Source of the DNA: the human T2T-CHM13v2.0 reference genome, Homo sapiens
Assembly (NCBI RefSeq): GCF_009914755.1
Contig: NC_060927.1
Reading direction: 5' to 3' (one strand)
Length of the DNA stretch: 64,000 nucleotides
The position numbers were made by a program, and so were the translations under genes. Below are positions 42,976 through 59,559 of the stretch, one piece after another; the stretch's first letter is position 1; each line of letters begins with the position of its first letter. Under the pieces are notes generated by a model. The model was given only the letters and a program-made list of their open reading frames with translations, was not told the DNA's origin and did not search any database.

Positions 42976-44423
42976 CATGAATTTGTAAACTGTGTTTATG
43001 TGTTATTATATTTATATTTCTGAACTCAGTACATGTTAATATTTAAATAATTATGCAGTAACTTTCTCTGGGTCTGTTTGGAATCCTATTTAGTTAATAC
43101 TTTAGCATCTTAGAATCTAGGCTTGAGAATTGTTCAGGTGTATTTTTTTCCTAGAAATATATCTGTAACAATGATTTAAGGTGGTGCAGATGGTGTTTGT
43201 TCTATATTATAAATCTGCTGTCTTTGCTTGGCATTTTATAGTTAAATTAATTAGAATATGTGGTTTTATGCATAACGTGTTTAGTTCTGTATTCTTTCTA
43301 TGATAGTGCTTTGAACCTTCAAAAATTCACATTTTCCAGCGCTCCGACCATTTTCCCGCTTATCAAATGTACAAATTTGTTCAAGGTTTTTTTTTCCCCC
43401 CAACTTTTGTAACTGATTGTCTCAGAACTGATTGGTATTCTGAGACTAACTTTTTAAGCAGCACTATTTCTAGTTCTGGCAAAATAGTTTTTTTATTTGC
43501 AATGTTGTTTTCTGTTAAAGACTATATTATGTTTACTGCAAAGGTCAGTGACTCTACTGACACCAGCTTTATTTCCCCCACTTTTTTTGCATTCACAAAT
43601 ACAAATTGAAAGGGTAAATTATATTGAAAGGCCTTTAGAACAGCAGATTCACATGCACATGTTTGACTTTCGACATTCAGCTTATAGAATTATGGAGTCT
43701 ATCCAGCAGGCTATAAAGCAAGTACTTGAGACAAAACCGGAATGATTAATAACTGCAATCACTGAACTATATTTGGAGAGTTTTGTTACATAATTGCAGT
43801 CATAATGAGCACTACAGAATCTGATTATCTTACATTCACAATCTGGAGGGGCTTTTTATTTCACTTTGTTATAAAATGTTCTCTGAGAATATGATGCCAC
43901 ATATTAATGCACAAGAGGGAGATGCCTAATGAGAGTGGACTGTGTGATTACCAGAACCCAGTGCCATTTACTAAGTGGCTCTCCATGTTTACATAAATCC
44001 TGGGAATACTGTATACATTTCTTCTTATGTACTTAGGGTTTTAGCTTCAGTCAGCATCACACTTTTTCTCCAGAAATTACTTCACTTAGAGTACAAACAT
44101 ATTTTTCCAACTATTAAGAAAAATTATGCAGCACATCTCAAAAAATAGCATCTCTTTGGAAAATAGCCTTTAAAAAAAAACAACTTTATCTGATTATAGA
44201 AATACAAAATTCTGCTAAAGCTGAATACTTTTGAATTGTTCATTATGTTCTGTGCCTTTAAACTAGAGACTATTTGCTTATTAATATTTTTTGTTTTGCA
44301 AGCATATGTAACCCGGTTTATATCATCAGGAAGTCTTAGGAAGAATTTTTTTTTCTGTACCTTCAGTCTGTTAATCATTTGTTTTCCTTTATGTCCAATT
44401 GATATGTTTAAAGTAAAGCTAAA

Positions 44424-44745
<322 letters not shown>

Positions 44746-45035
44746 AGTAACGCTAGAACTGTTGGACCAAATCAAGTATATGGGTAAATACAGAAGAATA
44801 ATGATGGTGGAAAAGATGTTTTCTTTTTTAAGTTATCATTATTAGTTTGTTTTTTTTATCTTCAGACACTATAGGTTTTAAAAATAGGTTTCTTTTATGT
44901 AGGTTAATCACAGAGTAAATCTGCACACTGTACTTTGTTAAATGTCGGTATTTTCCCAGTATAATGCGATGAAGCTTAATCTGAATACTTGGTATGCTAT
45001 TGAATTTACTTTCCTATGATTACTGAAAAATGGAT

Positions 45036-45038
<3 letters not shown>

Positions 45039-45086
<48 letters not shown>
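45039..45086. repeat. (TG)n(TA)n microsatellite
   Basis: Seen directly. Confidence 0.95.
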
Positions 45087-45094
45087 ATTTTATT

Positions 45095-46145
45095 AAAAGC
45101 AATTGCCCCAAAAGCAGAAATTGACAAGCGGGACCTAATTAAACTGAAGAGCTTCTGCACAGCAAACTAAACTATCAACAGAGTAGCAGACAACTTACAG
45201 GATGGGAGAAATATTTGCAAATTATGCATCTGCCAAAGGTCTAATATCCAGAATCTATAAGGAACTTAAATCAGCAAGCAAAAAACAAATAACCCTATTA
45301 AAAACTGAGCAAAGGACATGAACAGACATTTCTCAAAAGAAGACATTCACATGGCCAACAAACATATGAAAAAGTGCTCTTCATCACTAATCATCAGAGA
45401 AATGCAAATCAAAACCACACTGAGATAATATTTTACACCAGTCAGAATGGCTATTATTAAAAAGTCAATAAAATAAAAAATAACAGACGCTGATGAGGCT
45501 GTGGAGAAAAGGAACTGCTTATGAACTGTTGGTGGAAATGTAAATTACTTCAGCCTCTATGGAAAGCAGTTTGGAGATTTCTCAAAGAACTTTATAACAG
45601 AATTGCCATTTGAGCTAGCAATCCCATTAGTGGGTATATACCCACAGGAAAATAAATTGTCCTACAAAAAAAGACATAAACGCTTGTGTGTTCATCACAG
45701 TAATATTTACAATAGTAAAGATACGGAATCAACCTAACCGCCCATCAGCAGTTGATTGAATAAAGGAAATGTGGTACATATACCTCGTGTAATATTACAC
45801 AGTGATAAAAAAGAATGAAATAATGTCTTTTGCAACAACATGGATGCAGCTGGATGCTTTTATCCTAAGCAAATTCAGGAACAGAAAACTAAATACATAT
45901 TCTCACTTACAAATGGGAGCTAAATATCGAGTACACATGGACATAAAGGAACAATAGACACTGGTGACTACTAGAGTGGGGAGGGGAGGAGGGGGATGTA
46001 GGCTGAAAAACTACCTATTGGGTACTGCACTCACTACCTGGGTGACGGGATCGTCTGTACCCCAAACCTCAGCATCATCCAGTATACCCATGTAACACAC
46101 CTGTTCATGTATCCCCTGAATCTAAAAAGCTGAAATTATTTTTTA
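45095..46145 (+). mobile_element. L1PB/old L1PA ORF2 end and 3' UTR
   Basis: AAGAGCTTCTGCACAGCAAA...CAGAGAAATGCAAATCAAAACCAC. Confidence 0.92.
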
Positions 46146-46225
46146 ATGAGAAGATAAACCATAATTATAATGAAATAGGTAATATTGAGCATTGAATATT
46201 CTATAAATTGTTTATATATGTTGTC

Positions 46226-46532
46226 TTTTTTTTTTTTTTTTTTTTTTTTTGAGACAGAGTCTTGCTCTGTCGCCCAGGCTGGATGGAGTGCAGTGGCATG
46301 ATCTCAGCTCACTGCAACCTCTGCCTCCCGGGTTCAAGCAGTTTTCTGCCTCAGCCTCCCAAGTAACTGAGATCACAGGCACCCGCCACCATGCTTGGCT
46401 AATTTTTTTTGTATTTTTAGTAAAGATGGGGTTCCACCATCTTGGCCAGGTTGATCTTGAACTCCTGACCTTGTCATCCACCTGCCTCAGCCTCCCAAAG
46501 TGCTGGGATTACAGGCGTGAGCCACCACACCC
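46226..46532 (-). mobile_element. Alu (AluS-like) in 3' UTR
   Basis: Antisense, TSD TATGTTGTCTTT. Confidence 0.95.
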
Positions 46533-47439
46533 ACTGTGTATGTTGTCTTTATTGATGCTTAAAACAAACTCAGGAATAAGTATTATAACCCCCTTTTGTG
46601 AATGAGAAAACCAAAGCTCAGTTCTGTTTATAGTTTGCCAAGGCTACACTGGTAAGTAAAGGGTTCAGCCAATGTATAGACAGACTGTATAGATATATGA
46701 AGTGGGGGTGGGGGCCAAGGAGCTATTACTGCTGTTTGGAAATACTTGCCTCTTGTAGATCCAGCTTTAACATTTTTATGACATCCTAGTAATAGCAGAC
46801 CCTGCACAAAGTGGATATCAGAGTTAATACTGTGAAGAGACAAAATAATGAGAATACTTTTACCAAAGATAATGAAATCTTGCATAATGTCTGCATTTTT
46901 CCATTGATTGGAGTGCATCCTTAGAAAACTGAAAATAACAAAAACCCAGGACATTTTTGGAAATTGTATGCTCTCTAGCAACTTTGCGTGAATTTTTATA
47001 CAAACACTTATGAGTTATATAAAATGTTCTAAAACTAGAAAAAACATGGTCTTGTAACATGTTATTTTCTTAGATCACTGGTTTCTCAGAACATGTCTTT
47101 CTGCATGGCCTCCTCATCCCCATCCCAGGGGAGAACGTGAATGTTCCAAGGGACTTCGGCCTCTGGGGCTTCCACACTCTGGGTGTCAGGGGTACAGCTC
47201 ACAGGCTTTCAGTTTGGCCACAGCTGAATGATTGAGAATTACCAGATAAATCCTCCAAATCCATTTCTCCAGAAACCTCTTCCTAGCCACACAGTGGGAG
47301 CCTTGTTTGACCTTTTTTAACCTTTCCTGGTCAGGTGCCAGGCCAGTCCTGCAAAGCCAGCAAAGTTTCATTTTCATTCAACCCTTTTTTTTTCACTTTG
47401 AATCAAATGGAATTTAGTTCCTCCCACTGTCCCCAACCC

Positions 47440-47700
47440 AGCTAGAGTGCAGTGGTGTCATCATGGCTCACTGCAGCCTCGACTTCCTGGGTTCAAGTTA
47501 TCTTTTCGCCTCAGCCTCCTAAGTAGCCTGGACTACAGGCCCACAATACCATGCCTGGCTAATTTTTAAATTATTATTATTATTATTATTGTAGAGATGT
47601 GACCTCACCAGGCTGGTTTCAAACCCCTGGCCTCAAGTGATCCTCCCACTTCAGCCTCCCAAAGTATTGGGATTACAGGTGTGAGCCATTGTGCTCGGCC
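47440..47700 (-). mobile_element. Alu (AluJ-like), tail missing
   Basis: GCTAGAGTGCAGTGGTG...GAGCCATTGTGCTCGGCC. Confidence 0.9.
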
Positions 47701-48294
47701 TCATATATTATTAGTTGTAAAAAAGGATGCATGTTTTCCCTCACCTTCTCTTTGGCTAATTATAAATCATTTTACTTAATATTTCATAGTTAAAGGGTAG
47801 AGCCGCGATCAAAACTGGCTCCGAGGTCCAGGCCCTTTTCCCAACACTATGCTGTCTCACAGAGTGTAGGTTGTTTGAACCCTCAAGATTATTAACTGAC
47901 TTTACCCCTATTTTCCATTGTTCAGTTTCCTCCTTTTGTGTCATACCCTATTCCCAGGGGATGAAAGGATTAATCAATACTTGGGAAAAAAACAACAACC
48001 TTTGAACTGTTTCAGGCCATATTGTAAAGAAGTGTGTCTTGTGATTTTGATACCCAGAAATCTCCAGTGGAGGGTATTCTCTGCCTTCCTTTTCTTTGCA
48101 GATGCTGAGCTGAAGAATGGAAATTTGGAGCAGACTTGCAGTGTCAATTGTAAAGCAAAGAGTAATTGATATTACTTTCTGTGACACTGAGTTACTTTCA
48201 AAATAGCTTTATAAAAATTTAGGTTGCTTACCAACACATTAACTTCTCCCTGCCGTCCACACGCTGAACAGCCACTACTTTCAGAAATAGACTG

Positions 48295-48300
48295 AATAAA
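48295..48300 (+). terminator. Candidate distal polyadenylation signal AATAAA
   Basis: AATAAA in unique sequence followed by GT/T-rich TGGTTTGTACTGAATTTTTTT. Confidence 0.55.
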
Positions 48301-50769
48301 TGTAATGCATTTAAATGGTTTGTACTGAATTTTTTTAAGCATCAGATATTATCTGTGGTTGGAAATCAAGGTGTCCTGCAGTTCTTTATCTTATTATGTA
48401 TATTCCTATAACCTTATACTCAAGATTTCATATTACTTCCTTAGCAGTATTGTGAAAAATATTCTTTCATACAATGTGGGTAGGTAGAAAATAATAGCTA
48501 CCTGCACACCTGGCTATGTGACCAAATAATCACAAATCTAATAGACCCTTATCCAAGAAGCCTTTATGCCTGGGAGATAAGCATCAGATAATCTGCATAG
48601 ATGAATGCAACTCATCTGGAATACAAAGAGAAAATTAGAACCAATAGCAATAATTTTATTAGATGCCAAAAAGTCCTTTGATGCAATTGAATGAGACTAC
48701 TTGTATTATGTGTTAGGTAAATTTGGCTTTGGGGACAAATAAAGCAGATAGCACAATTTATTTTCAATCCATTTATATGGTTTAAATCAATGGTTTACAA
48801 TCTCCCTTTCCCTGCCTTATTGCTGCACTGGGGAGGGAAGTAAGGATGATGCCCATTTCTGATGTTACTCTTCAGGCTGACATTGAAGCTAGAAAATCAC
48901 ACAGATCCCATGGGTATCTGAAGAATATTCAGATGGAGATTCACAAGTTAACTAATATATGCTGATAATCTACTACTTTTGCTGAAAGCTCTAATACCAT
49001 CTGTCCTGAAAACATTAAGAGTAATGTCAGAATTTGGAGTGGCTTCAGGCAAAGTCAATGGGAGAGAACCAGAAATACTATCTTGACAGAATAGTTTCTA
49101 TTAATGTTATTGTGTGATAATAAAAATAAAATAAAAATTTTAAAATAATAGATGTGGGATTCTCATTAGGGAATGACTAAACAATAAAGAAGACATTTTA
49201 AAATTGATCTGTAATTCAGTGCGAAGCTTTTTAAAAAATGGGTTATACTAAATCTAAGGAGGAAGAAAGTGTGGTAGAGCTTATGTCTCTTTAAAGTTTA
49301 ATTTGTTAACTCAAAGATTAACTCCATACCTTTCTGAAACTTTTCACAAATGAAAAGAGTCATTTCCTTAGTCGTGTGAGGACATATTGTCATGTTGAAA
49401 CCCAGGGAAAGCATATGCTACCTTAGGAAGAGGATGTTTGCCCCACTGGAAGCTGTTTAATGGTATATGTCATGACTCAATTAAGCTTGCTATGGCTTGT
49501 CAAAAGGAATTTTCCACTGCATATTGCTATGGAATAGTCTATTACACACAAATAACTATACAGCCTAGCAGAACTAAAAATGTATAGTTCATTGAAAAAT
49601 AAAACACAGAAGCATAGCATCCAGCTCCTTCTTAGTTCTTAAAAGCCAGTGGAAATAGAATTGCAGATATTAACATGAATGGACAAAGTTCAGAGAGATT
49701 GGCAATGGCAAAAAGGAAAGGAGAGGGACAGAGCTTATATCAGCTTACAATTATTAAGTTACATATTATCCAAACAAAGTGTTAACAACGTTTTCAAAAT
49801 GGTAAACCTTTCTTCATTAAGGTATTAACAGTAATTGCTAGGGTGAGGGGCAGGGGATAGAGAACTCGGGAGAACTTCTGTTGACTTGTGAATTAATGTT
49901 ACTAGGGAAGGATTACTGTGGGCTCATAGCTTATGGCTGCCAACTCAAAAGGAAGGGAGGTTATGATGGTGACAACTAGCTCTGATGCCACTGGAAATTG
50001 TTTTGTGTGATATTTTTAGCCATTAATAGCCAACATAACTAGTTATACCACATTTTCACATGATATTCATTCCTCTTAAATTGATTATAAAAATTTCAGG
50101 GTAAGTCCTATATTATAGCAAATGTGTTTATAAACAGCAGACATACACAAATCAAACTACCTATGTTCTTTCTTCCTTAAAAGACTGCTTTGTGATAGTA
50201 AAGATAATCTCTGTAAATCTTCTATATGGAGCTGTACCTCTGCCCATTGATGCATTATTTTCAGCTACCTAGTCAACTTGGCCATATAAAATTAATTCAA
50301 TAGATTCTTCTTCCATCCAACAGTATTGAGTTGGCAGAAGCAATTTGATATAATTTTAGAAGAGGTGATTTTTGAACCAGAAGAAGTTTAAGTGGTATCT
50401 GTGACAGAGCCTAGATTGAGTCAGGCAGGCATGTTTCAAGAGCAAGGGACACTGGTAAGGCATGAAGGGTTCAGGATGCATCACCAGGAAGCACATTACT
50501 ACTCCAAACAAAGCGTAGGTGTTCGTCTATCTGATCACACCTTCTATTAATACATCCACTGAGGACTAGGGTGTCTAGTTCATGTCTTCCCCATCAGAAC
50601 TTTTGCCACCATCCTGGCTGAATTCATCATGTCTGTGGAAAACCTATCCAATATCCTACCCTCCTGGCTCCTTGATTGCCTCTTCTCCAACAGCTTTTGT
50701 CTCCATGTTCTTCATTCAGTAACTCACACTCCTGAGCATTTCCTAGAACCTGGCATTGTCTAGAGTCAC

Positions 50770-51558
<789 letters not shown>

Positions 51559-51924
51559 AATTTCTCCACCTACTAATATTTAATCTCAGTACCTCTTGTT
51601 CTTCCAGCTTTATTATTCTCTCATTTTTATTAAACTGCAATCCAGTTTTCTTGATACCTGTAGTTTTTAAACCTTAATTCTGTTAAAGACTATCCTTTTC
51701 CCTTCTGGTTTCCTTTCTTTATTCATCCTGGACCCTAAGGTTAATGCCTTACAACTTACAACACAGAACTCTCATCTCCGTCATTGTCTTACATTCCCAT
51801 CGCACTTGATACTGAAACTTGCAATTCTGTATCAGTCCATAGACCATGCCTCTACTGATAGATCCTACATCGCTGAGCATTGTTTGAAAAAGAAGAAAAT
51901 CATACAGTGGACAGTGCAGATTGA

Positions 51925-52305
<381 letters not shown>

Positions 52306-54598
52306 TCACCTAAGATTTTTACACTGCTCAAAAACTTTGACTATTCCTTGGCCGGCTTTCTTTTCCGTTTTCATTAGTGACTTTTCGAAACTTTGACTAT
52401 TCTCTACGTCTCTCCCACATAAACCCTCTCCTATTTTCTTTAGATGATGCCCCTGCCTCCTTGTTGCTTGAGAAAATTGTGGCTATCAGAGTGAATGTCC
52501 TTGACTCTAACTTTCTTGACTCATACTCCTCTTCTCCTCAGTTTATTTAGAAACACCACTAGCCAGCCGGCATTCTAAGTTAGAAACTTGGAAGTAATGT
52601 TCCATTTTTCTCTTTCCTCTTCCTCACTCTCACCTCTAGATAATAACCAAGACCTGTCTTTTTTATTATTTTCTCTTAATACCATTGACATTTCCTTAGT
52701 TAAGATCACTGAGCTATTGAATTTTCTTCCAAACTCATCTTCTTACCTGCTGCCTCATACCTCACAATCTACACTGTCTATTGCTGCCAAAGTGCTCTTC
52801 ATACAACAAAATTCTGTCATGTCATTATTGTGATTAAAATTTGTCAGTGACTCCCACTTTACACGATGAAGTCTGAGCCCTTAGCATATTATCTACTAGG
52901 CCATCTTGCTTTGAAAGCTGGATCTCTCTCTCTCTCTCTCTTTTTTTCCTCTCTCTCTCTCTTTTACACACACACAAGTTACATTCTCTTTTACTTTTTT
53001 CATAGAAATTTGAGTAATCCTATTGAGGAAACCTAATTATCACAATGGTTAAAGTGTCTCAACTCCAGCTCGTTGGTTAGGATACCCTTTAAGTAATTTG
53101 CTAATTGTGCTACGGCACCTGATGATATTTTTGCAGTGAACGAGATATTTGAAAATACAGTCTTTTTGTTTTCATACTTCTATCTGTTAACAATATATCT
53201 GTATTTTTGGCTGCAATACTTATTTTTTCCACAGTGAATTGAAGAAATAGTCAAACCACTTTCAAAACCTTGGGCATTGAACTGAGAGATGTAAATTAAA
53301 TAGAGAATCCACTACATTACGGGCATGCTGAAGCATACATACAGTGTGGGAAAATTTCAAAATGAAATAGGCTCAGTAATAAGGTTGGAATGTCAATGGA
53401 TAAATCCATAATTGTCTTCTGGAGGAAGCTTCAAACCTACAAGGAATATCCAAGGACAGAACAGCAAATGAAAATATCTTAAAATAGAAAAAGAAGTTGT
53501 ACTTCACATCAAGGACAGTCAAAAAATAGATTATTGAGGTAGCACAGAAACTATAGAAAAATCTTAATCTTCATAATCTTATCAGTTAGCCCAGAGTGTT
53601 TTTTTTAATGTGAAAAATTAGTGTGATCTGGAACTACTTCTGCCTTTAACTGAATTTGTGACATTAAATAGGCCTAAAACTTTCTAAACTTTGGCTGCCT
53701 GATTTTTTAAGTAAAAATAGGTTATCTCTAAGAAAAGTGAATATACTTTGAGCCATTACTATATTCCAGGCACTTACATGACTGGTGTTTTATTTGATCG
53801 TGTCTCTTCTCTTTCTAAAAGTCTTCTGACCTGTAACTGCAGCTGAGGCAAAGGATTAATACTGTACACAAAAGTCAAGGGAGAAAGAAAAAAAATAGTG
53901 GAGAACCAAAATAGGTCTAAGAGGAGTGATAAATACAGGAGTAAATAAAGCATGAGGAGGCGATGGGAATTACAAAGGAGAAACAGGTGAAAGAGCCTCG
54001 TTGAAGAGTACAACCAGCTATGTTCACATTCTTGGCAATACGTTCATTTTGCTAAACTGGCATTTCTATTAAGCCAACATTCCAGAAAGCGCGGTTGTTT
54101 CTGTTTCTCTTTCACAGCAGACCAGTCTGTTTCCAAGCTTGATGTTTTTCACTCTTATGCATCTCAAACTTTGGTAATGTAAGTACCACGTATAATAAAA
54201 GAGCAAAAATATTCTCTAGGGCCCCAGTGCTTTATTAAAATATTTATTTTAAAATGAACAAACATCACAGTGTAAAAAATTCTGTATACATATAGTTTTA
54301 TACAACTTTAAAATCCACGAAGCTCTAAAACGTTGTTAACAATTGGAAAATAAAATGAAAATAAATAGCATTAATTTAATACCTCAGATGATGCTGTTCT
54401 GTTAAAACTATATTGCCTCATGAAATCAAAGCATGATACTTACCATTAAGGTGTAGGATTTTAGTGTTCAGTGTGTCCTAGCTATTGTACATCACATGAT
54501 TTTTCAATTCTTCCACCAATTTTCTCTGTTTGAATTACCAAAAAACTTTGATTTTTTGTAGTGCCTTATGATGCTGTTTTCTCTCCAACCTTCCTTAA

Positions 54599-55004
<406 letters not shown>

Positions 55005-55589
55005 CATAAACACCTTCTTAAGCACTAGAATCTCATAGTGACCATCCAGATGATACAGAGTATACTTACATTATATCTTTAAAAATTCGGAATAGCTTCA
55101 ATATGAAATATAAAATTACCCACATTCTCCCTGGGAGCTCAGTTAGCAGAGAGTCATCTGAGAATCCCCAAGTCCTTGAGCTTCAATTTGAGAAACGGTG
55201 CTGTGGTCTTTATTGATCCTGCTAAGTTGGAAAACATGGAATCTCCTCTGATAAGTATGTCTTAGAAGATTTGCCAGGAGAAAGAGAAGCACAGGGAAGT
55301 CATAATTTAAATAAAAGGACAGAATATTTTTGGTACAGCCCTTCCCTACAAATATATCTTTCCAGGGCAGGGACATTTGTTCCTTGCCATGAAAAGGGGA
55401 CCATGTAATTTATCATCCAACTAAGACATTTTTGAGAGTAGAAAAGCAAGCTATTAATAATTACACCAGGACAACTAAGTGACCAGGACAGTCCAGCCCA
55501 CATGGTCACCCTAAGAGAAGAGTGAGGGAGGCACTCATGCATTTGAAGAGATCAAATAGATCTCATGCTTCGTGATAAATGCTTTTGAA

Positions 55590-55711
55590 GCCAGGCAGGA
55601 GTCTCATGCCTTTAATCCCAGCTACTTGGATTGAGACAGGAGGATTGCTTGAGCTCCGGAGTTTTCAGACTAGCCTGGTAGGCAACATAGCATGAGACCC
55701 AGTCTCAAGGG

Positions 55712-55757
<46 letters not shown>
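55590..55757 (+). mobile_element. Alu monomer (FLAM-like) with (GA)n tail
   Basis: Single Alu arm, (GA)n 55720-55757, flanked by AAATGCTTTT. Confidence 0.8.
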
Positions 55758-55760
<3 letters not shown>

Positions 55761-56749
55761 AATGCTTTTTTTTTCTTTTTTGCTTTTTTTTCATCCTGCA
55801 CACTTTCTTGCAGTTCCCTTCTGCAAAAATGAGATACTCCCCCTTTCAGTGCAAATAAAAACCTTCTTAATTACAAAACGACTTCCTTTCTACTCTGCCT
55901 GAAATCTAAAGCATGAAGGTCTCCTTTTAATCAACAAATCAAAATACATTACAAGCACTGTCTAATGACTTCAGTCTGATATTATACTTAATGGAGCTTT
56001 TGGCAAGAGCCCAGCTGAGATAACTGATAGGCAAGATGAATAGTCAAAGCTAAGGCAGTGGCTTTCAGACTTTTTAGGGAATTTGAATAATGTTTATAAG
56101 ATGACATACAAAGGTAAGCCCATAGACACACAGAAAGTTTTATTACACAGTATTTATCCTTAAACTTGTTATGTATTACACGCATACATATATACATGGA
56201 CATATATATTATCCCACTTAATTGACCTTGACCCCCACTTAATTGATTTCATGACCCATTAATGATTTGGAATCTGCAATTTGAAAACCACTTATAACTA
56301 GCCATTCCCTTTTGCATCCAGTTAAGTAAAAAGGTACATAAATAGACAATGTAAATTCATTTCCATGTGTCTTTACAAAAATTCATTTTACTAATTTATT
56401 CTTGGTTTAAGTAAGTGTTGATTTTAGCACATTAAAAAAAAATCCTATATAAGGTGTTATATGCCATGTCATTCAAAGCCTCCCTGCTGCCTTCCCCTCC
56501 AGCCCTACCCCGTGTAGGCCTGTAATTATTAATTTCTCCTAGATTTCAGTGAATGTTTTCAGATTACTTGGCCTATATTAATTATATTATTTTCCATTTT
56601 CCTTTGTGTGCTGACAAACACAGCTAAATTCTATGACCACATACAGCACTTATCTCTGTTTATCTCCCTTCACCTACCCCATTCTCCACATGGCTTTTAT
56701 TCTTTCATTATCCTCCCTCTTTAAAAAATGATTATGTTGTAGAAGATAT

Positions 56750-57010
56750 ACCGGCTAAGGGTGTATGTACCAGAGTCAGTCTGCCTGAGTTTGAATTCTA
56801 TGCCACTCTCTAGCTGTGTGATGTTAGGCAAGTTACTTAACCTCTTTATATCTTAGTTTCCTCATCAGTAAAATTAGAATAACAACAATGAAAAGAACAA
56901 TCATAATACCTATATCATAGTCATTTTGTGAGATCTAAATGAGGTAATACCTTTAGGTACTAGCACATTGCTTAGCCCATAGTAAGCAGACAATAAATAA
57001 AGCTATTGCT
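56750..57010. mobile_element. MIR
   Basis: TAGCTGTGTGATGTTAGGCAAGTTACTTAACCTCT. Confidence 0.8.
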
Positions 57011-57734
57011 ATTCTCATAAATTTTAGAAGTAGACATTACAATTAGTTGAGGGTTTCTTTTTCTCCCTTTTTTTCTTTCTATTGTTATTATTTTTTTACT
57101 GAGGGTTTTGTTAGCTTTTAATCTTGTGGAACTCAGAAACTCCCATTAATACGGTTTCATAGAAAATAGTCGTACAAATTTGTCTTTGCATCTTCTCTGC
57201 AGAAGCCCCTTTGTCAGATGAATTCACAGAGTGTTTTCTTTTGGAATCCTTAGGCTAGGCTTACTTATTTGTGATATTTGTGTATGAGTTTGTTTTCCCA
57301 CTAGTATATAAGAACTTTGAGGGTCAGGAGCTGTTTTATGAATCTTTGAGTTCCCCTAGCTCTTCATTCCCTGCTTTCTTATACTGCGTGTTTCATAAAT
57401 GTTTAATGAAATACATTAATTTAACAGGTTCCTTTGAATATCAAAAAAGGAAGAAAGTTCTCAGTAGAAAGGAGTAAAAATTCAAACAGAGATTGATGAA
57501 AGCACAGAGAGAGTTTGATATTCAGAACATTAACTGAGGCAGTAAGGCTAGAGTAGAATGGTCAACTGCCCCATCAGACGTGGTTAAGAAAATGGACTTT
57601 ATTAGTAAGTCTGGGTATACACTTTTGTCTCTGTTACTTCCTAGTTATGCAAACGTGGGCAAATCATGTAATGTCTTAAAAGCTCATGTCCCTAAGCTCT
57701 ACAATAAAGTTAACTAAAAGATCCTGAAGGCCCA

Positions 57735-57965
57735 AGTTCTAGTGTTTTATAGCACCATAGGATGACTATAGTTAACAATAATATATATTTTTAAATATCT
57801 AGAAGACAGAATATTGAATGTTCCCAAAATAAAGAAATGATAAATGTTTGAAATGATGGCCATGCTAATCATTCTGATCTGATCACTACACATTGTATGT
57901 GTTGAAACATTACTATGTACCCCATAATTACATATAATTATTATATGTCAATTTAAAAAATTTAA
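57735..57965 (+). mobile_element. L1MA-type 3' end inserted in a MIR
   Basis: GGATGACTATAGTTAACAATAATATAT...CTATGTACCCCATAA. Confidence 0.75.
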
Positions 57966-58022
57966 AAAAGATCATAAATGTAAAGTGTTTAGTATAGCAC
58001 CTGATATATAGAAAGCAGATGA

Positions 58023-58450
58023 TGTATTAGATTTTCTATTGCTGCATCACAAATTACAAAACTTATCAATTAAAAAGAATACAAATGTATTATCTTACAG
58101 TTCCCATGAGTCAACAGTTCAGAATATTTTAGTTGGGTTCTCTGCTGAGGATCCCAGAAGGCTAAAATCAAGATGTAAATTGGGTATGCCCCTATCTAGA
58201 AGCTTTCCTGGAAAAAGATCTCTTTCCAAGCTCCCTCAAATTTTTGGCAAAATTAATTTCTTTGCAGGTACATGACTGAGGTTCAGCGTTCATACTAGGA
58301 ACCACTCTCGACAACTAGAGACCACTCGCAAGTCCTTGTCACATGGCCCCATGCATAAGCCTCTCACTCTAGGAATCTCTTAATTTCTTCCTTCAGGAAA
58401 GACCCCCAGTCCTTTTAAGTGCTCACCTGAATCAGGTATGCCAAGAACAA
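58023..58450. mobile_element. MaLR LTR fragment (MLT1-like)
   Basis: TGTATTAGATTTTCTATTGCTGC...TTATCTTACAGTTC. Confidence 0.6.
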
Positions 58451-58727
58451 TCTTTCTTTGAATAACAGATGAGAGATTTTTAGCTGATGTTCCCTCCCTG
58501 TACGTCTTCGTTACTGTAAGCATCTTGCCACTCTATGATTCTATTATTTACATACACATATTATTTATATAGCATAGCTCTTAACTATATAATCAGGTGC
58601 TAAGTTGGAAAAACATTTTTTTTCTAAGATTAGAAGAGAAACTAGGTGTGTTGGACTTATTGACAGCCAATGGTCTCTACTATAGCACTTTCCTAAGAGG
58701 TTTTCAAAGGTAATTTTGATTATACGT

Positions 58728-59127
58728 GTGTTAGTCTATTTCATATTGCTATAAAGGAATACCTGAGGCTGGATAATTTACAAAGAAAAGAGGTTTATTT
58801 GGCTTATGATTCTGCAGGCTGTACAAGAAGTATGGCACCAGCTTCTGGTGAGGCCTCAGGAAGATTTCAGTCATGAGGGAAGGCAAACAGGAGCAGGCAT
58901 CACATGGTGAGAAAGGAAGTAAGAGGGAGAGGAGGTGCCGGGCTCTTTTTGACCATTGGATTTGTAACTATAGAGCAAGAGTTTACCCATTACTGTGGGG
59001 AGGGCACCAAATTATTCATGAGGGATGTGTTCTCATGACCGAAATGCCACCCACTAGGCCCCCCTCCAACACTGAGAGTCACATTTCTACATGAGATTTG
59101 GAGGGGACAAACATCCAAACTATATCA
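58728..59127. mobile_element. MST-family MaLR LTR
   Basis: TTGCTATAAAGGAATACCTGAGGCTGG...GGGGACAAACATCCAAACTATATCA. Confidence 0.88.
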
Positions 59128-59559
59128 ATGCACTATTTGCCCTCTATATTGTTTCTACAGATAACTCTACTATATTGTTTTTCTTATTATTATCATGATC
59201 TAGGAGACTTTGAGATAACTGATAAGGAGAGAAAAATGTTTGAATAGTTACAGAGTTAGGAAGACATTGGTTCTCTCATTCCTCCTGTCACAAGTGGTTG
59301 AAACATAAAATATGTTACAACTTTCAGTTTTATGAGTTATATTCAACTATGAAAGGAGTACAGAGAAATATGAAATTATCTCTGTCTTCAATGAATCTTC
59401 AATTTGGTTGCAAACGTAAGACATATTTTCACATTTCACACAAATGTGAAAAGTTAAATAGCACTAGAAGGCAGTATATAATTATAAGACAAATGAATAG
59501 TGGATGGAGTCATAATTATAAATCGGAGAGGAGAGGTCAAGGATGGCTAAAGGAAGTAG

